DNA of 33,412 nucleotides from Gemmatimonadales bacterium (lineage in GTDB: Bacteria > Gemmatimonadota > Gemmatimonadetes > Gemmatimonadales > GWC2-71-9), in NCBI GenBank assembly GCA_036566145.1, contig DATCWW010000204.1, forward strand, positions 1 through 33,412. The letters are read 5' to 3'. Shown one piece after another: positions 17,439-23,468 of the stretch; within the stretch, counting starts at the first letter, position 1, and every line of letters starts with the position of its first letter. Both the position numbers and the translations under genes were made by a program. The notes below the pieces were generated by a model that was given only the letters and a program-made list of their open reading frames with translations, was not told the DNA's origin and did not search any database.

Positions 17439-19588
17439 CCGCCGGCGGGAAGAGCCTGCTGGCCCTCGGCCTCCTCCTGGCCCTGGTCCGGAGCGCCGTG
17501 GCCCAGGACTCGCTGATTCCGGTGCGGCGCGACGCGCAGGTGACCTCGGTCGGGTTCCGCTTCGCCGGCACCAGCAGCTTCTCGGATGGCGAGCTGGGCG
17601 CGCAGTTGGCGGTTAAGGGACGTGGCTCGCTGTACCCGGTGCGCCGATGGCTCGGGGAATTACCTCTGATTCCCTCCCCCGGCGCCTACCGATTCGATCC
17701 GGTCGAGCTGCAGAAGGACGTGGTGCGGCTCAGGCGATTCTACCGGCGGTCGGGCTTCATCCGGCCGCGCGTGGACTACGAGGTCCGGCTCGACCGGGGC
17801 GGCGCGCTGGTCGGGGTCATGTACCTGATCGACGAAGGGCCGTGGCTCCGGCTCCGCACCCTGGATTTGAGCGCCGGAGGGCGGGCGACCGTCCCGGCCG
17901 ACCTCGCGGCGGGCTGGGACGAGCTCGCCTCGACCTTGGCCGCGGCGCAGGGACGGCGCTTCGGCGAGGCCGAGCTCGCCGACGCGGAGGCCCGCACCGC
18001 GGCCTGGCTGCGTGAGCGGGGGTATCCCTTCGCCGCGATACGGTCGCAGCAGGAGGTCGATTCGGTGGCGGGCGATGTGCTGGTGCACCTGGCGGTGAGC
18101 CCCGGCCCGCGCATCCGCTTCGGCGAGATCCGCGCCGAGGGCAACACCTCGGTCACCGACCAGGTGGTGCTTCGGGAGCTGCCGTTCCGCACGGGCGACT
18201 GGTTCTCTACCAGCGCCGTCGCGGAAGGCCGGACCCGACTGCAGGCGGTGGACCTGCTGTCGCGAGCCGTGGTGGACGTCGACTCTCAGCCGGCACCCGA
18301 TTCGACGCTCGGGGTTCGGATCCGGATCGAGGAGTCGCGCCCCCGCCTGACCCTGGCGGAGGTGGGATACATCTCGGAAGGCGCGGGCCTCACCGGACGG
18401 GTGCAGTGGACCCATCCCAACTTCACCGGGGGCGCCCGCAGTCTGACGACCTCCCTGGAGGGTCAAAGCGGCAGGGGGACGATCGGCACCGAGGCCGAGC
18501 AGCTGCTGCGCGTCTCGCTCAGCCTCACGCAGCCCTACGTGTTGACCCCCCGTCTCTCGTTCATCGCCGGCCCGTGGGCGGAGTATCGCAACGACCTCCA
18601 CGACCAGTCCGGGGCAATCGGGATCGATGCGACCCTGGTGTACCGGCTCGCCGCGCTCTCCTCGCTCGCGCTGGGCTACCGATTCAGTGCCAGGAACATC
18701 CAGGAGTATCACTTCGGTGACATTACCGCGGGCGACGTCGATCTCCTGGCGCTCCTCGCCGCGCGCTACCCGCCTCTGATCGACTCTCTGGGGGACCACG
18801 AGAACCGGAGCAGCGTTACGCTGGCCGCGTCGTTCAACCGGGTGGACGACGTCTCCAACCCGACCCGGGGGTGGCTGATCCGCCCCTCGGCGGAGCTGAC
18901 GGTTCCCTCCGCCTGGAACACGGCGGAGTTCGGAAGGCTCGACCTGTCGGTCTCCCGGTTTCAGCCCCTGAGCAAGTCGACGGTTCTGTCGGGCCGTCTC
19001 ACGCTGGGGCGGCTGTTCCCATTCGGCAAGAGCATACCTGGCCCGGGAAGCGACCCGTTTTTCTCCTTCATTCACCTGCGCGACGAGTCGATGACGGCTG
19101 GAGGAACCAACGATGTCCGTGGGTGGGGGGACCGGAAGCTGGGACCCAAGGTTCCCGACGTGGAGGCCAACATCGAGGGGACGGACACGGTGCTGACGGC
19201 CGACCGCTACGCCCCGATCGGGGCCCTGGCGCGGATGACCGGCTCGGTAGAGCTCCGCTTCCCCGCCCCGGGCTTCTCCCCGGGTTGGAGGGGGCACCTC
19301 TTCCTCGATGGGGGCCGGGTGTGGACGCCGGACGACCGCTTCGCCCAGAGTCCGTTGTTGCCTGAGGGCGCGCCATTCCGCTTTTCAGCCGGCGTCGGTC
19401 TGAGCTACCAGACGCCGGTCGGGGCCCTGGGCGTGAGCATGGCTTACAAGCTCAACCCGTCGCTGCTGGACGAGCGCGACCCAAATGATGTGACTCAGGC
19501 GCTCGAGGCCGGAACCTCGGTCGAGGATCTCCCGACCCAGTGGCTCCGGCGCATCCACCTGCACCTGTCCTTCGGAGTGGCGCTCTGA
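17435..19588 (+). CDS. Omp85-family outer-membrane protein with about 3 POTRA domains (TamA/BamA-like partner of TamB)
   Basis: Track ORF 17345..19588; the preferred start is the GTG at 17435, which overlaps the tamB stop (GTGA). Signal peptide is KSLLALGLLLALVRSAVAQ and contains no Cys, so the protein is not a lipoprotein. POTRA-like repeats are followed by a surface-antigen barrel ending ...HLHLSFGVAL. Confidence 0.8.
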   Translation: MTAGGKSLLALGLLLALVRSAVAQDSLIPVRRDAQVTSVGFRFAGTSSFSDGELGAQLAVKGRGSLYPVRRWLGELPLIPSPGAYRFDPVELQKDVVRLRRFYRRSGFIRPRVDYEVRLDRGGALVGVMYLIDEGPWLRLRTLDLSAGGRATVPADLAAGWDELASTLAAAQGRRFGEAELADAEARTAAWLRERGYPFAAIRSQQEVDSVAGDVLVHLAVSPGPRIRFGEIRAEGNTSVTDQVVLRELPFRTGDWFSTSAVAEGRTRLQAVDLLSRAVVDVDSQPAPDSTLGVRIRIEESRPRLTLAEVGYISEGAGLTGRVQWTHPNFTGGARSLTTSLEGQSGRGTIGTEAEQLLRVSLSLTQPYVLTPRLSFIAGPWAEYRNDLHDQSGAIGIDATLVYRLAALSSLALGYRFSARNIQEYHFGDITAGDVDLLALLAARYPPLIDSLGDHENRSSVTLAASFNRVDDVSNPTRGWLIRPSAELTVPSAWNTAEFGRLDLSVSRFQPLSKSTVLSGRLTLGRLFPFGKSIPGPGSDPFFSFIHLRDESMTAGGTNDVRGWGDRKLGPKVPDVEANIEGTDTVLTADRYAPIGALARMTGSVELRFPAPGFSPGWRGHLFLDGGRVWTPDDRFAQSPLLPEGAPFRFSAGVGLSYQTPVGALGVSMAYKLNPSLLDERDPNDVTQALEAGTSVEDLPTQWLRRIHLHLSFGVAL

Positions 19589-19589
19589 C

Positions 19590-20189
19590 TCAGTTCACCG
19601 CGTAGCCCCGCCCCTGGAGGCAGGTCGCCATCGACTTGGCGAAGGTCTTCCGGGACTCCGCGTTGGCTGCCTGCGCCGCCTGCTTCCCCTGTTGGCCCGC
19701 TTGAGCCTCGGCCTGCTTGCGCGCCTTGCGGCCCTTTACACCGCCGGCGACCGCCCCCACCGCGGCGCCATCTCCCGCGTCACCCACGATCCCCCCCACG
19801 ACCGCACCGCCCACGGCCCCTCGGGCCGCACCACCGACGGCGGCCCCAGTGGCGGCCGAATCCGCCTTGGCCGCTGCGGCCTTGCCGGCGGAATCGGCGT
19901 TCACTTGCACATTCGGGTCGATGCCGGTTTGCTCGCCGGCCCACTGGTAACACTCCTTTTCATCCTTGGCCTGCTGGTCCTTGGTTTGGCCCTTGGAGGG
20001 ATAGACCGACAGGCCCAGCCCGCTGGCGAGTTTGGGGTCCACCGCCGGGCTGTCCGCGACCACCCGAGGAGGAAGGGCCGAAAGAGCGGCTCCGGAGACG
20101 GTGGTATCCGGTCGCGGGATATCCACGGGGGCCGCGGCGCCGACCAGGGCCGTGGTGAGCGTGATGAGGACGGGTCGCGAGAAGCGCAT
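19590..20189 (-). CDS. secreted glycine-zipper protein
   Basis: Track ORF 19590..20276, trimmed to the ATG at 20189 (GGAGGAG upstream). Signal peptide is MRFSRPVLITLTTALVGAAAP. The Gly-zipper is GAAVGGAARGAVGGAVVGGIVGDAGDGAAVGAVAGG. There are conserved Cys residues near both ends of the mature domain. Confidence 0.65.
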   Translation of the reverse strand: MRFSRPVLITLTTALVGAAAPVDIPRPDTTVSGAALSALPPRVVADSPAVDPKLASGLGLSVYPSKGQTKDQQAKDEKECYQWAGEQTGIDPNVQVNADSAGKAAAAKADSAATGAAVGGAARGAVGGAVVGGIVGDAGDGAAVGAVAGGVKGRKARKQAEAQAGQQGKQAAQAANAESRKTFAKSMATCLQGRGYAVN

Positions 20190-20270
20190 GGCTCCTCCTG
20201 GAGCTCGGGAGGTGAGGGTCGCCCCGGATGGGGCCTGTCTGAGGGTAGGTAGCGCGGGAGCCGGGCGATA

Positions 20271-20287
20271 CTGCACCTCGGTACAGG
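20271..20287 (+). promoter_or_regulatory. weak box-like sequence (CTGCACCTCGGTACAGG)
   Basis: Lies immediately upstream of copy S8 in the same orientation. It shares the CTGCACC half and GGT; the second half is degenerate. Confidence 0.25.
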
Positions 20288-20288
20288 C

Positions 20289-20308
20289 ACTCGACCAAGG
20301 TCCAATGG
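20289..20308 (+). promoter_or_regulatory. ACCAAGGTC-box copy S8 (ACTCGACCAAGGTCCAATGG)
   Basis: Lies 31 nt upstream of the ATG at 20340 of the POTRA-less Omp85 operon and contains the exact core plus CCAATGG. Confidence 0.6.
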
Positions 20309-20339
20309 GCAGCCGGCCTTGGCACGGCTACCGTGGCCC

Positions 20340-21542
20340 ATGCGGCATCGCCGGCTTGTGGGACTGCTGGTCGCCACCCTCGTGGTCCAGGGGGGCGTCG
20401 CCCGGGCGCAGGTGGCCGGGGACACCGCTGGCGCGCCCCAGCGGGACGTGATGGACATCCTGAACCGGGTCCTGCACGGCCCGCCCGACAGCGGGGTGGT
20501 GGACACCCCTCCCAAGGTGGTCATCGCGGTCCTGCCGGCGTTCTCGGTCAACCCGGCTTACGGCGTCCTCTTCGGAGTATCGGGAACGATGCTCACCCGC
20601 CTGGGGCCGGAGGAGACTACCAATTCCAGCAATGCGTCCGTATCGGTCAACTACACCACCAAGCAGCAGTTCAACGTCCTGGTGCGCTCCAACATCTATG
20701 GCCCCCACAACAAGCTCCTGCTGCAAGGGGACTACCGCTACCTCGACACGTCGCAGCCGACCTACGGACTCGGACCGGCGCAACCGGAATCGCAGAAGGA
20801 CGAGCTGGAGTACAAGCTCATCCGAATCTATCAGACGGTGTACCGGCCAGCCACCGGGCGCGTCCTTGTGGGGGTAGGCTACCACCTCGACAACTATTAC
20901 GAGATCGTGGACCCCAACTTCGAGCAGGGCCTCCCGTCTCCGGTGGTGGACTACAACGGAGGCAAGCACGAGACCCACAACGTCGCCTCAGGCCTCTCCC
21001 TCGATCTCGTGTTCGACGATCGGGACAGCCCCATCTATGCGACCACTGGTTACTACATCAACGCGGGTTTCCGCGTCCACACGACCTGGCTCGGGAGCGA
21101 CAGCGATTGGCAGAGCTTCCAGTCCGAGTTCCGGACCTACAACCGGATCGGGGCACGGGGCGTCTTCGCGGTGTGGGCGAGCAACTGGTTCACCTTCGGC
21201 AAGCCTCCGTATCTCGCCCTGCCGTCGATCGGCTGGGACACCTACGCCCGGAGCGGCCGGGGCTACGCCCAGGGGCGGATCCGGGGCGAGAACCAGCTCT
21301 ACCTCGAGGGGGAGTACCGGGTCTCGCTGTCGCGTGACGGGTTCTGGGGAGCGGCGGCGTTCGTGAACATCCTCGCGACCACCGAGCCGGCCACCGAGCG
21401 CTTCGGACGGGTGGACCCGGGCTACGGCGTCGGGCTCCGGATCAAGCTCAACAAGCGATCGACCACCAACATCACCGTTGACTACGCGTGGGGTGCGGAG
21501 GGCTCCAATGGCCTCTTCCTGGGGACTGGGGAAGCGTTCTAG
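20340..21542 (+). CDS. Omp85/surface-antigen (D15) family beta-barrel without POTRA domains
   Basis: Track ORF 20319..21542; the preferred start is the ATG at 20340 (MRHRRLVGLLVATLVVQGGVARAQ). It is a barrel-only protein of about 400 aa. The late motif is GRGYAQGRIRGENQLYLEGEYR and the C-terminus is ...LFLGTGEAF. Confidence 0.7.
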   Translation: MRHRRLVGLLVATLVVQGGVARAQVAGDTAGAPQRDVMDILNRVLHGPPDSGVVDTPPKVVIAVLPAFSVNPAYGVLFGVSGTMLTRLGPEETTNSSNASVSVNYTTKQQFNVLVRSNIYGPHNKLLLQGDYRYLDTSQPTYGLGPAQPESQKDELEYKLIRIYQTVYRPATGRVLVGVGYHLDNYYEIVDPNFEQGLPSPVVDYNGGKHETHNVASGLSLDLVFDDRDSPIYATTGYYINAGFRVHTTWLGSDSDWQSFQSEFRTYNRIGARGVFAVWASNWFTFGKPPYLALPSIGWDTYARSGRGYAQGRIRGENQLYLEGEYRVSLSRDGFWGAAAFVNILATTEPATERFGRVDPGYGVGLRIKLNKRSTTNITVDYAWGAEGSNGLFLGTGEAF

Positions 21543-22914
21543 AGGTCGGTGCCGGCTGCTCGGCTGGGCCGTCGCCGGACTCTTACTGCCCGCGACCGGC
21601 CTGGCGCAGGTCGCGCCGCCGGCGACCAACTACGAATGCCCCTCCTGCGAGGGACACATGAGAACCTGGACCGCTCTCGCCGAGGTGGGGCTGGTTCAGG
21701 TCGCGGTGAACTGGTTCGGCCATTACATCGTGGAGGATTCCTCCCAGGCGGTCACCCTGGCAAGCTGGGGGGACAATCTTCGCGAGGGCTGGGAGTTCGA
21801 CGCCAACCACTTCAGCACCAACCAGTTCGCCCACCCCTACAGCGGGAACATCAACTTCAACGCGGCCCGGGCCAACGGCCATGACTACTGGCAGTCGATT
21901 CCGTTCGCCGCGATCGGGAGCTTGATCTGGGAGTACCTGGGGGAGATCCACCGGCCGTCCCTCAACGACTTCATCAGTACCACAGTGGGCGGCGTGGCCC
22001 TGGGGGAGTTGACCTGGCAGCTTTCGGGCCTGGTGCTGGACAACCAGGCCACGGGCTCGAGCCGGTTCTGGAAGGAGATGGCCGGCATGGGCATCAACCC
22101 GGCGCGGGGGTTCAACCGGCTCTTCTTCCACGACTGGAGCCGGGTCGGCCCCAACCCGTCCACCCGAACACCGGAGCTGATGCGGGGAAGCATGCGAGTC
22201 GGGGCCCGTCTGGTGGACAAGGGTGGCGGGATCGAGAAGGGCGAGCTACAGCCCTTCATCGGCTTCGATTTCGTCCACGGTGATCCGTTCACTCAGCCGT
22301 ACACCAAGCCGTTCGACGTGTTCCTCTTCAGCGCCCAGGTGAACGCGGGGGACGCCAAGATCATCGGCCGGCTCACGACCTACGGGCGGCTCTACAGCAA
22401 GCGACTCGACAGCCGGCCGGAGCCGCGCCACGTGCTCATCCTGACCCAGGACTACGACTACGTGAACACCTTCGCCTATCGGGTCGGTGGCCAGAGCGTG
22501 AACCTGGGGGTGCTCAGCCAGTTCAACCTGAACCCCCGGTTCAGACTGGCCACGAGCGCCCGGGCGCAGGGCATCATCCTCGCGGCGGTGAACTCGGAGT
22601 TCGTCGAAGGTCCGGCGCGGGATTACGATTTCGGTCCCGGGCTGGGGCTGGCCCTCGGCGGGCTGCTGACGCGGGAGCGGGAGCAGATCGCCAGGGTGGG
22701 CTATCGCGCCCAGTGGATCCACAACGTCAACGGGCTGGCTGGCGACCACGTCCTTCAGGAATTCACCGTCGACGTCACCATACCCATTTCGCAGACCCTC
22801 GCCGTGGGGAGCCAGGTGCTGTACTACCACCGGCACAGCGCCTACCGCACCGAGCCGACCGTCAGCGACGATACGCCGCAGTTCCAGGCCTATCTGCGCT
22901 GGGGGCTCCAATGA
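21508..22914 (+). CDS. DUF3943-like secreted/outer-membrane protein
   Basis: Track ORF 21478..22914; the ATG at 21508 overlaps the upstream gene by 35 nt. Signal peptide is ...LLGWAVAGLLLPATGLAQ. The motif FSTNQFAHPYSGNINFNAARANG resembles the DUF3943 signature as I recall it. The C-terminal half looks beta-rich and ends ...YLRWGLQ. Confidence 0.55.
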   Translation: MASSWGLGKRSRGRCRLLGWAVAGLLLPATGLAQVAPPATNYECPSCEGHMRTWTALAEVGLVQVAVNWFGHYIVEDSSQAVTLASWGDNLREGWEFDANHFSTNQFAHPYSGNINFNAARANGHDYWQSIPFAAIGSLIWEYLGEIHRPSLNDFISTTVGGVALGELTWQLSGLVLDNQATGSSRFWKEMAGMGINPARGFNRLFFHDWSRVGPNPSTRTPELMRGSMRVGARLVDKGGGIEKGELQPFIGFDFVHGDPFTQPYTKPFDVFLFSAQVNAGDAKIIGRLTTYGRLYSKRLDSRPEPRHVLILTQDYDYVNTFAYRVGGQSVNLGVLSQFNLNPRFRLATSARAQGIILAAVNSEFVEGPARDYDFGPGLGLALGGLLTREREQIARVGYRAQWIHNVNGLAGDHVLQEFTVDVTIPISQTLAVGSQVLYYHRHSAYRTEPTVSDDTPQFQAYLRWGLQ

Positions 22915-23468
22915 GGGCCGGCGGGCGGTTGCTCCTGCTGCTGGCGCTGGCACCAGCGCCACTTTCCGCTCAGGCCTGGTACACCATCGGGGCCGGCGCC
23001 GGAGGCAATCGGGTCGACTGCGAGAACTGCGAATCGATCGAGCGGTTCTGGGGGGGGAGCGGCTACCTGCGGGCCGGGGGCACGGTGGGTGAGCACGTGC
23101 GGGTGGGCGGCGAGCTCGTCTTCTGGCAGAAGTCGATCGAGGGATCGGACGCCTATCTTCGCGCGATCGAGGGTGTGGTGCTCTGGCACCCCTCACCGCC
23201 CGGTGGGTTTTTCGGACAGGCCGGGCTGGGACTGGGCCGGATCCGGAACGTCTTCACGACGGAGGGGACCACCGTTCGCGCGTCGGAGACCGGACTCAGC
23301 GTGATGGTGGGAGTGGGCTACGACCTGCGGGTCGGGAACCGGGTCTTCCTGACGCCCAGCCTGATGAGCATCGCGGTGCCGGCCGCGACCATCGACACGC
23401 CCGCCGGGCCCCTCGACAACATGGTGGCGACGCTCTTCTTCGCCGGGCTCGGCGTCACCATCCGCTAA
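22911..23468 (+). CDS. small outer-membrane beta-barrel protein
   Basis: Track ORF 22713..23468, trimmed to the ATG at 22911, which overlaps the upstream stop (ATGA). Signal peptide is MRAGGRLLLLLALAPAPLSAQ. The sequence has a Gly/aromatic beta pattern. Confidence 0.7.
   Translation: MRAGGRLLLLLALAPAPLSAQAWYTIGAGAGGNRVDCENCESIERFWGGSGYLRAGGTVGEHVRVGGELVFWQKSIEGSDAYLRAIEGVVLWHPSPPGGFFGQAGLGLGRIRNVFTTEGTTVRASETGLSVMVGVGYDLRVGNRVFLTPSLMSIAVPAATIDTPAGPLDNMVATLFFAGLGVTIR

Noticed and set aside
17660-19297. A 545-aa minus-strand ORF, and similar ORFs at 20328..20978 (-), 20988..21629 (-), 22246..23196 (-), 27273..28733 (+), 28764..29690 (+), 30117..31139 (-), 30650..31840 (+) and 31299..32126 (-).
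   Set aside because: All are antisense or frame-shifted shadows of confidently identified genes (Omp85, DUF3943-like, GH47, Fe-S subunit, NuoEF, FdhA).
20305-20307. The ATG inside box S8 (CCAATGG), and similarly the ATG at 2444 next to S2, as leaderless start codons.
   Set aside because: The ATG at 20305 is out of frame with the Omp85-like gene. The 2444 start would add 29 non-signal residues, whereas the GTG at 2357 has a GGAGG site and begins directly at a signal peptide.
843-20308. Reading the recurrent box as a sigma54 promoter (TGG...TGCA in the reverse orientation).
   Set aside because: The GG and GC dinucleotides are 10 bp apart here, whereas the -24/-12 consensus TGGCAC-N5-TTGCA needs 12 bp. 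In that orientation most copies would also point away from any gene.
843-20308. Reading the box as a sigma70 -35/-10 pair or as an RNA hairpin.
   Set aside because: The TGCACC and TCCAAT-like parts are only about 5 nt apart, and no conserved -10 follows at 16-18 nt. A GGACC-AA-GGUCC hairpin would have an impossible 2-nt loop. A DNA-level dimer site fits better.
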